Below, piece by piece: positions 40,801 to 50,873 of a stretch of DNA of 64,000 bases. The DNA lies in IMG/VR virus record IMGVR_UViG_3300032282_005553, positions 1-64,000 of that record. One strand, 5' to 3'. Source of the DNA: a virus. Made by a program: the position numbers and the translations under genes. Position 1 is the stretch's first letter; every line of letters begins with the position of its first letter. The notes beneath the pieces are model-generated. The model was given only the letters and a program-made list of their open reading frames with translations, had not been told where the DNA came from and did not search any database.

Positions 40801-41133
40801 ATGATTTTACCACCATTATACGGAGCATCCACAAAAAGCGACGATAATTCATGGGAAGCCCTAAGACTTTCTCAATTATCAACAGATGCAATAAAGTATA
40901 CATCTCCAAATCCTCTATTAAAAATTACAGAGATGAATTTTGATATTTTCAAGTATATCAATCCAACAGATACCAGAATTTTCAACACACAGTTCAACCT
41001 TGACTGCATAAAATATAAACAACCAGAATTTATTATTGAGTGCAGCAACATAGCAATTGATGTATTAAAACAAAAATCACCAGAAACAACTCTTTCATTA
41101 TCAAATTTTTCTATTGATATATTAAGGTATTAA
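40801..41133 (+). CDS. hypothetical protein
   Basis: 110 aa, AGGA RBS, in operon. Confidence 0.55.
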   Translation: MILPPLYGASTKSDDNSWEALRLSQLSTDAIKYTSPNPLLKITEMNFDIFKYINPTDTRIFNTQFNLDCIKYKQPEFIIECSNIAIDVLKQKSPETTLSLSNFSIDILRY

Positions 41134-41135
41134 TT

Positions 41136-42593
41136 ATGGCACTATTATTTTTTGAAGGATTTAATGTCAGAAATACTGACAATACTCCGTATCTCGATCC
41201 TAGATACTGGACAGTCGAAGAAGAAACTCCGGCGATAATGTATTACCCGCAGGATGATTATGTTACAACATATTCTGATAATAATGCTATATTATATGGT
41301 ACTTATCGAAGTTTAGTCATATCAGGATACAGACTAGATACGATACCCGCTCAATATCCAGTACCAATACAGCTAAGTGGAGTATCTGGTTTAGATAGTG
41401 ATCAAATCTATATTTCTTTTAGAGTTGCTAATCTTGGTCACAGTCACACATATGGACTATCATATCCATATACAACTAAATTTTTAACATTATGTAGTGG
41501 TAATAAAGAATTGCTATCTTTTGATGTTGTGAAAACTACGGGATTAAGTATTCAGGGCGGAACATGGACTCCTTCTAATCAAGGTTTGGGTATTTCTGTT
41601 AAGCAAACTGGGTCCAATAATAGTATGACCCAAATAGGATTATTTGATTTTAGAGTACAAGGATTACAAAAATATACTATTACTAACTTTAGCTCTGCTC
41701 CTAATGATTTTATGCCAACAATGATAGAGTATTATTATGTAACTAACCAAGGATATGAGTCACACAATAAAAGATTTTTACATATAGAATTATTTGTTAA
41801 TACTGCAGAACAAAAAGTAAGAATGAAAATTGATGGATTCGATGTGCTAAATAGAGCCACAAGAGCACCATATGGACCAACCGCTTCTGGATCTAAACCG
41901 TTTGGATCATTTAATAATATTAAATTTTACCATAAAGGAATAATAGGAACAGCATATACAAATGGTCAAATAGATTATGGTAACCTAGTAATAGATGATC
42001 TCGCTATTTGCAACAATAGTGGAGAAACACCAAATACATGGATGGGACCAAATACAAGAATTATTCATTTAAATTCAATTGCTGTTGCTGATAACTCCAA
42101 TATAGGGTTGGCTAATTGGGAAGGAAATATTGGATCAAATGCTTCAAGACTTGATACTAATGATGGTGACACTAGTTATATATCATCTCAGACTTCTGGA
42201 CAGATCTACTCTCAGAGAATGAAATTTACACAAGATAGTAGTGCTGGTATTACAGATTATTTTGGACCATCAGACAATATAGGAGGGTTGCGCATTTTTA
42301 ATTCTGTTAGAAAAACATTCTTAGATTCTGATTTTATCAATGTGTATTCATCCGGAGAGGGACTTGGGTACTCCCAAAATGGAACATTGGATGGTTCGGA
42401 TTCGGAAAAGTATTATGAGATAGGAGATAGATACCAAATTGATCATACAAATTATTTTATTAGAAATTCTTTTGTTCTTAGAAATCCAATAACAAACTTA
42501 CCATGGGATACTGGAGTATTTTTTACACAACTAGAGGGACAAAGTGCTGGAATCGTTAAAACATCTGGATACTTTGGAGTTAAAAAATTATGA
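41136..42593 (+). CDS. virion structural protein, probable beta-sandwich/lectin-like
   Basis: MALLFFEGF start, VIDDLAI, C-terminal NPITNLPW...GVKK. Confidence 0.55.
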   Translation: MALLFFEGFNVRNTDNTPYLDPRYWTVEEETPAIMYYPQDDYVTTYSDNNAILYGTYRSLVISGYRLDTIPAQYPVPIQLSGVSGLDSDQIYISFRVANLGHSHTYGLSYPYTTKFLTLCSGNKELLSFDVVKTTGLSIQGGTWTPSNQGLGISVKQTGSNNSMTQIGLFDFRVQGLQKYTITNFSSAPNDFMPTMIEYYYVTNQGYESHNKRFLHIELFVNTAEQKVRMKIDGFDVLNRATRAPYGPTASGSKPFGSFNNIKFYHKGIIGTAYTNGQIDYGNLVIDDLAICNNSGETPNTWMGPNTRIIHLNSIAVADNSNIGLANWEGNIGSNASRLDTNDGDTSYISSQTSGQIYSQRMKFTQDSSAGITDYFGPSDNIGGLRIFNSVRKTFLDSDFINVYSSGEGLGYSQNGTLDGSDSEKYYEIGDRYQIDHTNYFIRNSFVLRNPITNLPWDTGVFFTQLEGQSAGIVKTSGYFGVKKL

Positions 42594-44422
42594 TAGAAAG
42601 AATCCGTATCCGAAGAGATTCTGCTGCAAATTGGGTAACATACAATCCTATACTAGCTACTGGTGAAGCTGGATACGAAACTACTACAAATAGACTTAAA
42701 ATAGGAAACGGGATTTCTACATGGTCAGCATTACCATACTTGGCAGGAGGCAGCGCAACAGTATTAAAATTTGGAAATGGTGGAGTTGATGATGCTTACA
42801 TTTGGTATTCGTCAGATAGACTCAACCTTATAGGTTCGGGTGGAACATCAATATACTTTGATCAATCAGCAAACAAAATTGTATTTTCTAGTCTTACCGG
42901 AGTTTCTACCACTCAATCGAGCGTCACTGGTGCGCTCGGATATACCCCGCAGCCTTCTGGTAATTATTCGGTCTCAGGTCATCAGCATAACATTTCTGAT
43001 ATTGTTAATTTACAGAATATTCTGGACAGCAAACAAACAACAGGTACATATGCTAACCTAACACATCAGCATCAAATAGTAGACATCAGTGGCCTACCTA
43101 ATGCTCTGAACAGCAAACAACCTAGTGGAAACTATTCTGTTTCTGGACATAATCATCCTTTATATATTTCTGATGGAATAAATAGAGTACTAACCTATAG
43201 TACCTCGGAAGAATTAAAAATAAGAGGTAGCGGCAATACCCAAGTATTATTTAACGATTCTACTAATACAATCACTATCGCTAGTGCTGGAGGCTCGGCT
43301 GGATCATTGGATCCGAACACGGTTGTTCTAACTACCGGAAATCAAAATATTAGTGGCACAAAAACTTTTGTTAATACTGGTATTTTTGAATCTGGATTAA
43401 TATCACTAAGAAATACAGCATTACAGATACAAAATACTTCAATTCCAACAACTCATTTTATTATTTTTACTGGTGACCCATCGGTCTCGCCAAAACAAAT
43501 CTATACTAGAACACCGACTCAGATCAAAACAGATTTAGATTTATCTAATCTAACTAATCATACACAAATCAAAAAAACTGATCAGACAACCATAGTGGGT
43601 AATATCCCGTTCTGGAATAGTATTAGTGGTGATCTGTTAGGCTCTGGATATGGAGTATCTTCTAATTTAATAAGTAATTCCGGAACAGGCTATTTGGTTA
43701 GAGCAGATACTGCTGTTTCTTATTTTGCATGGTCCGGGAGAAATATTTTTGCTGGTAGCGGATTATCTGGCGGAGGCGCACTGAATAACGATATAACAAT
43801 TAATATTGGAAAAGGAGATGGAATATCTGTTAATAATGATGTGATCTCTGTTGATAATACTGTGGTTCGCACAACCGGGGATCAAATTATAGATGGAATC
43901 AAAACATTTTCTACGGGTATCTTTTCTACAATTAGTGGCTCATTAGTCATATACAATACCGGAAATTTTATAGACGGACTATATATAAATAGTATCCCAG
44001 TTAGTTTATCTGGTCATGGACATTATATTAATGAAATTTCTGGACATCCAGTTACCGGTATAGGTGTTGCAAATTATATTGCAAAATGGATTGATGAGTC
44101 TGGAATCACTACAGGAATAATGTATGAATATAATAATCAGATAGGTATTAATATACAGCAGCCTTCGGGAGACTTCCATGTATCCGGTACTGCTATAGCT
44201 AATACCGGAATATTTTCTCAAATTATATTAACAAATGGGTCTCCATTTGATATTAATAAATATCCAGAAATTATTTTTAACAACGGAATCAAATTGATGG
44301 TTTTAGAAGATAAAATAAAGTTTGATGGTTTTGACCTATATAATGAACTATTAACTATTAATAAAAGTGGAATAAGTACACCAAATATTGACAATAGCCA
44401 AATTCATGGTGGATATTTCTAA
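42590..44422 (+). CDS. fibre protein with Mtd-N N-terminus and HxH repeats
   Basis: RIRIRRDSAANW...GEAGYETTTNRLKIGNG; HQHxIxDI repeats; ends IHGGYF. Confidence 0.75.
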   Translation: MIERIRIRRDSAANWVTYNPILATGEAGYETTTNRLKIGNGISTWSALPYLAGGSATVLKFGNGGVDDAYIWYSSDRLNLIGSGGTSIYFDQSANKIVFSSLTGVSTTQSSVTGALGYTPQPSGNYSVSGHQHNISDIVNLQNILDSKQTTGTYANLTHQHQIVDISGLPNALNSKQPSGNYSVSGHNHPLYISDGINRVLTYSTSEELKIRGSGNTQVLFNDSTNTITIASAGGSAGSLDPNTVVLTTGNQNISGTKTFVNTGIFESGLISLRNTALQIQNTSIPTTHFIIFTGDPSVSPKQIYTRTPTQIKTDLDLSNLTNHTQIKKTDQTTIVGNIPFWNSISGDLLGSGYGVSSNLISNSGTGYLVRADTAVSYFAWSGRNIFAGSGLSGGGALNNDITINIGKGDGISVNNDVISVDNTVVRTTGDQIIDGIKTFSTGIFSTISGSLVIYNTGNFIDGLYINSIPVSLSGHGHYINEISGHPVTGIGVANYIAKWIDESGITTGIMYEYNNQIGINIQQPSGDFHVSGTAIANTGIFSQIILTNGSPFDINKYPEIIFNNGIKLMVLEDKIKFDGFDLYNELLTINKSGISTPNIDNSQIHGGYF

Positions 44423-44424
44423 TA

Positions 44425-44439
44425 GTGTATTACTGTATA
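44425..44439 (+). promoter_or_regulatory. putative late promoter GTGTA-N8-TA
   Basis: GTGTA ttactgta TA in a 45-bp gap before an AGGAG RBS. Confidence 0.55.
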
Positions 44440-44467
44440 TCACAAGACAACTATCTTAGGAGATAAA

Positions 44468-47400
44468 ATGAGCAATCAAATTCGCATTAAAAGACGTCTA
44501 AAAGGAAGTACAGAAACATCGCTACCTGATCTACTAACTGGAGAATTGGCTTATGACGAAGTTAAGGGCAAACTATATATAGGAGAAAGTGATGGATCAC
44601 TGGTTAATGCTAAAGAAATAGGTGGATCTGGATGGTTGCTTCCTCAGATTACTGGAATAACAAATAATATATATGTTCCTAAAAATGGAGACGGAGCGAA
44701 TGGAACATGGAATATTAGTGTAACAGGTAATGCTGGGTTTGTTACTAATGGAGTTTATACAACTGGAAATCAAAGTATAAGCGGCATTAAAACATTTTCT
44801 TCTGGACTTTTGGTTACTACTACAGGAATCTCCAATGGAGAAGGTTTTGATTTTGTAGGATCAAGTGGTAATGGCATTTATGTTCCTAGTGGAACAATAA
44901 GAACCAAGGACCTTTATGTTGATGGTTGGCTAACTGTTGGTACAAAATTAGATATTCTTTCTGCTGCAGAAATATTGTCTCGTGGTCCCATAGTATATAA
45001 AGCAGACAAATATATTTTTGAAAGTGGTATTGGTATATTTACTAATGGGTTATATGTTGGTCCAACAGGATCACCAACTGGTGTTTCACTAAGTGGACAT
45101 AAACACGACTATACAGACATAAGCAACTTTTGCACTGGCGTGGCCTCTTGCGTTAATACTTCTCTGAATGCCGGTAGTGGATTGGTTCTAAATTATTTAG
45201 AAGCCTCTGGTATATATTTAGATATTGGGCAAGGAGACGGTATCGTTGTATCTGATAATTATATTTCAGTAGATTCCACAATTGTTAGAACAAGTGGCGC
45301 TCAAAATATAAGTGGAGTTAAAACATTTTATAATGGTCCATTAACTGACCTTACTATCAAAACAAATACTAGTGGAACAGGTAATTTAGTATTTATGGAT
45401 GGAACTCATTATGGTTATTTTGGATGGGATGGCACCAATCATAGTTTGATTTTTGATAGTTCTATATCAAGTGGAAGTTTGGATATTAGAAAAACTCTTA
45501 AATATAAGGTTCCATCTACTGGGACAGTCGCAACAAGCATACCTGTATTTACTGGAGGAAATCCATCAGTTGTATCAGAAACTATAACATCCAGAAGCGT
45601 TAGTGATTTCAAATCAGACTTGAGTTTGAATAACGTATCAAATAATAATCAAATGATAGCATATGCTGGTAGAACATCTGGTTATGTTCCAACATGGAGT
45701 GGCACAGATGGTACAACACTTAACAGCGGTTATGCTGTAACGTCTAATCTTACTAATGATACTACGGCAGCCTATCTTGTTACTGCTAGCGGAGCAAAAT
45801 CTTATGTTGATGCTCAAGTAGGCGGAGCAACCTCTATAGTTAGAACAACTGGTAGCCAAAATATCAGCGGAGTTAAGACATTTTTTGATACTCCTACTTT
45901 TAATACTGGTATTTTATCATCTGGCACAAACACCCTACAGGTAGCATCAACGTCGTTAACTGCTACTCAATTTGTTGTATTTACTGAAGATCCATCTGCT
46001 TCTTCAAAAGCTATTTATACCAGAACTCCTTCTCAGGTTAGGAGCGACATAGGATTAGGAAACGTTACTAATCATGTTCAGATGAAACAATCTTCTGATA
46101 CCACGGTCGTCGGATATGTTCCAACTTGGAATAGTACAAGCGGAGATATACTTGGTAGCGGATATATGGTAACATCTAATCTTACCAATGATAATACAAG
46201 TATTTATCTTGTTACGGCAAGTGGAGCTAAGTCTTACGTTGATGCTCAAGTAGGAGGAGCGACCTCTATAGTCAGAACAACAGGAACTCAAGCTATCGGC
46301 GGAGTAAAAGTTTTTCAAAATATTGTAATTACAGGGAATGGAGGGAGTGCGAGTTCTCTTGTTTTTGATGATAATTTTACAACTGCGAGTGTAGATTCCC
46401 TATTTAATCCTCGTTTAGGAATAAGCACATATTTAGCTGCAGATAATACTCCTGCACCTAATACTGAATTAATAATAGGATATAATCCTAACGGATATAG
46501 TGAAACAACTAATACTAGACTATTTGCTGGCCAAAATGAAGTTGGAGCATTAAGTTTTGAGACTGCTAATGGAAAGGTTAGTAGATTAGTATTTGATATA
46601 CGAGCACCGTCTGCTAGCGCAAAAACAACTCTTAGAACTAAATCAAGTGCGGGAGATATTATAATAGATCTTCCCAACACCTCTGGAACATTAGCGCTAT
46701 TAGCAAATATAAATACCTCTCAAATTACTGGGACTTTACCAGTTAATAAGGGTGGTACAAATATAACTTCTTATAGTAATGGTCAGTTATTAATTGGTAG
46801 TGGAACAAGTCTTGCTGCTAATACTCTTACTCAAGGAGATGGTACTACCATTACTAATGGTTCTGGCACTATCGGTATTGCCGTTAATAATACCGTAGTT
46901 AGAACAACAGGAAATCAAGATATTGTTGGCGCAAAACAATTTTATGAATCATCAAATAGTCAAGTTATATTTGGTACAGCTGATGATAAAATTAGAGTTA
47001 AAGCTCCCAATACAGATAATCAAACATATTATTTTGTTGGGCTTGACGGAGGCGGTTCTCCGCCTAGTTCTAACTCGGCAGATAGATCTTTAGTTTCACG
47101 ATCAGCGTCTCAAGTTAAAACTGATCTTAGTTTGAACAATGTTACTAATCATGTTCAGATGAAACAATCTTCTGATACCACGGTCGTCGGATATGTTCCA
47201 ACTTGGAATAGTACAAGCGGAGAGCTATTAGCTTCTGGATATGCTGTGTCCACAAATTTATCAACAAATAGCGGATCATCGTATATTCCTAGAGCTGATG
47301 CTTTAGTTTCTTATGTCAATTCTGCTATTAATAATGGTATAGCAACTAATGACGCTATGATTTTCAAAACAACATTAGATTGTTCAGCTAATCCTAATTA

Positions 47401-48709
47401 TCCGGCTGCAGATAGAGGTTGGGTATATAAAATTAGTGTTGCTGGTAAGATTGGTGGAGCTTCTGGACCAGTAGTAGAAGTTAATGATACAATAATTTGC
47501 GGAAATGATAGTACGCCTTCTGGTGATCATGCTACTGTTGGTAGTAATTGGCATATTTTACAAACTAATATTGTTGACTCTAGTATTCTTGTTACTGGTC
47601 CATCTACTGCCACTAGCGGAAACATAGCCTTGTTTAATGGAACTACAGGCAAAGCAATTACTGGAAGTATTATATTTCAAAGTGGAAACAATATTGGAAT
47701 TGGCAATAATTCAGCAAATGGATATGATGGATCATTATCTGTTGGTACTGGTAATTTTACTACAGTTCTTACCGTAGGAACAACAGGAGTAAGCTTAAGT
47801 GGACATACTCATACTGTCTCGAATATTAGTGATTTTGGAAGAGGAGTGAGTGGACTCATTGTTGGATCTGGAAATTATCTAACAAGATTTAACGCTTCAA
47901 ATTCTGGAATTACAAATAGCATAATTTATCAAAGCGGAGATAATATAGGTATTGGTACAGAAAATCCTGATCAATGCCTAACTGTTAATGGGACTTTCAG
48001 ATCAAGTGAGATTTTAACAAAAAGTCTTACTATTAGCGATTTATATGGGGCTAATCCTAGTTTAGACATTGATGTCTATAGCACAAATAATCATAGATTA
48101 TTAATTGATCATAGTAATGGAGTGATAAATTTATATGATACACTGGGTCTGATCGGACCTAATAACTCAGTTTATATAGGACCAAATGCTGGATCAAAGA
48201 TTCCAGCATCAAAACTTGATGTTAGTGGGATTATTACGGCGACTAGCGGAAACAGTAATCAGTGGAATATGGCATATGGCTGGGGTAACCATGCTTCCGG
48301 TGGATATGCTCAAAACTCATCTGTGGTAAAAACAACAGGAAATCAGACTACAAGTGGTATTAAAACATTTATAGATGTACCAGTATTTAGTGGTGGTATT
48401 AGTATAACATCCGCTAGTACGCCAACAGTATCCTGGATAGCGTGTTTTGATGGGGCGGATCCGACAGGTACTGCGGTACCTATACAAAGAATAAGTGTTG
48501 CTGATTTTAAAAACGATATTGGATTAGTATCTAGTAATATAACAACTCCTAGTGGAAATAGTCTCAGTCATCTGAATCTATTAACAGACTCTTTTGCCGA
48601 TAATGGAGCTGGCTCGGCCTGTCAAATTTTACAAAAAAATGCTTCAAATACTGCTTATGAATTTACTAGCAGCTTATGTAATATAACTATAGATTGTGGA
48701 ACATTTTAA
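44468..48709 (+). CDS. long repetitive fibre protein
   Basis: QIRIKRR...GELAYDE; repeated VRTTGxQxIxGxKxF modules; ends IDCGTF. Confidence 0.75.
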   Translation: MSNQIRIKRRLKGSTETSLPDLLTGELAYDEVKGKLYIGESDGSLVNAKEIGGSGWLLPQITGITNNIYVPKNGDGANGTWNISVTGNAGFVTNGVYTTGNQSISGIKTFSSGLLVTTTGISNGEGFDFVGSSGNGIYVPSGTIRTKDLYVDGWLTVGTKLDILSAAEILSRGPIVYKADKYIFESGIGIFTNGLYVGPTGSPTGVSLSGHKHDYTDISNFCTGVASCVNTSLNAGSGLVLNYLEASGIYLDIGQGDGIVVSDNYISVDSTIVRTSGAQNISGVKTFYNGPLTDLTIKTNTSGTGNLVFMDGTHYGYFGWDGTNHSLIFDSSISSGSLDIRKTLKYKVPSTGTVATSIPVFTGGNPSVVSETITSRSVSDFKSDLSLNNVSNNNQMIAYAGRTSGYVPTWSGTDGTTLNSGYAVTSNLTNDTTAAYLVTASGAKSYVDAQVGGATSIVRTTGSQNISGVKTFFDTPTFNTGILSSGTNTLQVASTSLTATQFVVFTEDPSASSKAIYTRTPSQVRSDIGLGNVTNHVQMKQSSDTTVVGYVPTWNSTSGDILGSGYMVTSNLTNDNTSIYLVTASGAKSYVDAQVGGATSIVRTTGTQAIGGVKVFQNIVITGNGGSASSLVFDDNFTTASVDSLFNPRLGISTYLAADNTPAPNTELIIGYNPNGYSETTNTRLFAGQNEVGALSFETANGKVSRLVFDIRAPSASAKTTLRTKSSAGDIIIDLPNTSGTLALLANINTSQITGTLPVNKGGTNITSYSNGQLLIGSGTSLAANTLTQGDGTTITNGSGTIGIAVNNTVVRTTGNQDIVGAKQFYESSNSQVIFGTADDKIRVKAPNTDNQTYYFVGLDGGGSPPSSNSADRSLVSRSASQVKTDLSLNNVTNHVQMKQSSDTTVVGYVPTWNSTSGELLASGYAVSTNLSTNSGSSYIPRADALVSYVNSAINNGIATNDAMIFKTTLDCSANPNYPAADRGWVYKISVAGKIGGASGPVVEVNDTIICGNDSTPSGDHATVGSNWHILQTNIVDSSILVTGPSTATSGNIALFNGTTGKAITGSIIFQSGNNIGIGNNSANGYDGSLSVGTGNFTTVLTVGTTGVSLSGHTHTVSNISDFGRGVSGLIVGSGNYLTRFNASNSGITNSIIYQSGDNIGIGTENPDQCLTVNGTFRSSEILTKSLTISDLYGANPSLDIDVYSTNNHRLLIDHSNGVINLYDTLGLIGPNNSVYIGPNAGSKIPASKLDVSGIITATSGNSNQWNMAYGWGNHASGGYAQNSSVVKTTGNQTTSGIKTFIDVPVFSGGISITSASTPTVSWIACFDGADPTGTAVPIQRISVADFKNDIGLVSSNITTPSGNSLSHLNLLTDSFADNGAGSACQILQKNASNTAYEFTSSLCNITIDCGTF
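46064..46146 (+). repeat. 83-bp exact direct repeat, copy 1
   Basis: Identical to 47141-47223 (gttactaatcatgttcagatg...gtacaagcggaga). Confidence 0.9.
47141..47223 (+). repeat. 83-bp exact direct repeat, copy 2
   Basis: Identical to 46064-46146. Confidence 0.9.
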
Positions 48710-49248
48710 TGACTAATCCATTTAGCACACTAATGACCGATCCGTCACTTAAAACTACATTTAATAATGCTATAGATTCATTATTAGAACAAAACTCATT
48801 ATCATTACCATGTAAATTAATATATGCAAATACCAATCCAATGACTTGCAATAATTGTTTATTTGATCATATCTCCAATCGATCCCTAAATCAGTACAAC
48901 GGAACAGGTCCGGTACCATTTCCCGATATGAGCATATGTCCAGTATGTAATGGAGAAGGTTTTAGTATTGATAACAAGGAAGAAATAATTTACCTTGGCG
49001 TAATATTTAATAGTAAATATTGGTTTAACTGGAATTCTAGAAGCATGGATACCGTAAGAATTCCAGACGGTAGTGTTCAAACCATATGCAAATCAGAACT
49101 ATTGCCAAAAATACGTTCGGCAGATAAAATTCAAATAGACATTACTCAAGAAAGATATGGCTCATATTTTTATACAAGAGCTAATGATCCAGAATTAGCT
49201 GGATTTGGAGACACAAGATACATTTTTACCACATGGTTTAGAGTATGA
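48709..49248 (+). CDS. putative head-completion/neck protein with zinc finger
   Basis: CNNC...CPVCNGEG; ATG overlaps the upstream stop; synteny. Confidence 0.5.
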   Translation: MTNPFSTLMTDPSLKTTFNNAIDSLLEQNSLSLPCKLIYANTNPMTCNNCLFDHISNRSLNQYNGTGPVPFPDMSICPVCNGEGFSIDNKEEIIYLGVIFNSKYWFNWNSRSMDTVRIPDGSVQTICKSELLPKIRSADKIQIDITQERYGSYFYTRANDPELAGFGDTRYIFTTWFRV

Positions 49249-49889
49249 ATTTATCAGTAAAACTACTAGAGTCTGATTCTGTGATCAGAACAAAAATTCT
49301 TGACGCAATAAAATCTGTAATGGATGATGCGATGAGGAAAGCTTTATACAGAATTAAGCCAAGACTACAGGACGAGGTTAGACAAGCACTAATGAGTGAA
49401 CCAGAATATCTATCACTAGTATCTGGACAATTAAAGTCTGAACTTGGTATTCCTACAAAAGATAAAATTGACAATATTATTAGTTTATGGACATCCAATG
49501 TTTCTATGAATTACACTGGGATATCCACCAATGCTAGGGGCTTATCTGGATCATTAAGACTTGAAATGATTAGATCATCTTTTGATGACGTTTTAAAAGA
49601 CGACAGCTCCGTTGTTGTTGACGGAGTATCTGGTGTTGTTATTCCATGGCTCGAATGGCTATTATTATATGGAGGAAAAATAATTATTAGAAATTATAGA
49701 GTTGTATTTGGTCCGTACAGCACATCTCGCACAGGTATGGCTATCATGGTAGAATCTCCCGGAGACAATTGGAGAGTTCCACCAGAGTTTGCAGGAACAA
49801 TATCCAATAATTGGGTAACTAGAGCATTGGATAAAATTAATAATCAAATTACAACTATTCTACAAGATGAACTGGAGAGATCACTATGA
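49245..49889 (+). CDS. putative neck/tail completion protein
   Basis: 214 aa, ATGA-coupled, synteny before the tail tube. Confidence 0.45.
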   Translation: MNLSVKLLESDSVIRTKILDAIKSVMDDAMRKALYRIKPRLQDEVRQALMSEPEYLSLVSGQLKSELGIPTKDKIDNIISLWTSNVSMNYTGISTNARGLSGSLRLEMIRSSFDDVLKDDSSVVVDGVSGVVIPWLEWLLLYGGKIIIRNYRVVFGPYSTSRTGMAIMVESPGDNWRVPPEFAGTISNNWVTRALDKINNQITTILQDELERSL

Positions 49890-50845
49890 GTTGTCCAGTA
49901 TATACTAAATTTAATAATGTTGATAGTTTAGGCAATAAATTAGTATTAGAACAAATTGAAGATAATTTAAAAAGTTTTTTAGATTGGGGATTACTTAATA
50001 TAGGCGGATTTGTAAATGTAAACATACCAACAACAGGAATAGCGGCCAATTTCGTACATCAGCTCAAACAATCTAATGATCCTGGTTTTGCAAATGGTAA
50101 AGTGTGGCAAACAACTAGAAAAGATTGGGTATGGGAGACTGGAGTAGAGTATAATAATTATAGTCCTAATATAATATCTGGAATTTACATCAATAATATA
50201 TTTTCTCCAGCGCCAACAGGAAGCGGCTCGTACGGGTATTATATAGATTACCCTAATGGTAGGGTAGTATTTAATAATGCGTTCTCTAATGCTAATATGT
50301 CGATGTCCTATAGCTATAGATGGTGTCAGGTGCATAAATCTAGTTCTTCTCCTTGGTGGGTCGAATTACAAGGAGACTTAACATCTCCTAATCCACAATT
50401 TGCTCAAAAAGATAAGGGAAACTTTAATATTCCGGCTAAACACAGAATACAAATGCCATGCATTGTTATAGAACCCACATCAAGAAGTGAACTTATACCA
50501 TGGCAATTAGGTGCTACTAATTTTATGGTTAATCAAGATTTTCTGTTACATATTTTTACAGAAAGAGCACACGATAAAAATAAATTGGTCGATATTATAA
50601 GATTGCAAAAAGAAAAAACCATTATATTGTATGATTCCACAAAATTGATTTCTAGTGGAATTTATGGCATAAATGCTAATGGCTCTAAGAATATTAATGG
50701 CAAAATTTATCCAGATATAGTGTCTGATACTAATTTTATATGGAAAAGATGCTTTTTTAAAGATACGGCTGTAATGGATATGGAAACAGCAAATAACACA
50801 TTATTTTGGTGTACAATTAGATTAACGACCGAAACACTACTTTAA
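49886..50845 (+). CDS. putative tail terminator/completion protein
   Basis: QMPCIVIE...FLLHIFTE terminator-like strands; directly precedes the tail tube. Confidence 0.45.
   Translation: MSCPVYTKFNNVDSLGNKLVLEQIEDNLKSFLDWGLLNIGGFVNVNIPTTGIAANFVHQLKQSNDPGFANGKVWQTTRKDWVWETGVEYNNYSPNIISGIYINNIFSPAPTGSGSYGYYIDYPNGRVVFNNAFSNANMSMSYSYRWCQVHKSSSSPWWVELQGDLTSPNPQFAQKDKGNFNIPAKHRIQMPCIVIEPTSRSELIPWQLGATNFMVNQDFLLHIFTERAHDKNKLVDIIRLQKEKTIILYDSTKLISSGIYGINANGSKNINGKIYPDIVSDTNFIWKRCFFKDTAVMDMETANNTLFWCTIRLTTETLL
50809..50824 (+). promoter_or_regulatory. putative late promoter (GTGTA motif)
   Basis: GGTGTACAATTAGATTA about 60 bp upstream of the tail tube ATG. Confidence 0.4.
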
Positions 50846-50873
50846 TTCAAAAACACAATCAGTGGAGATTACC

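Noticed and set aside
13930-48709. Diversity-generating retroelement suggested by Mtd-N domains and repeats
   Set aside because: There is no reverse transcriptase in the window. The repeats found are exact or differ at synonymous sites, not specifically at adenines.
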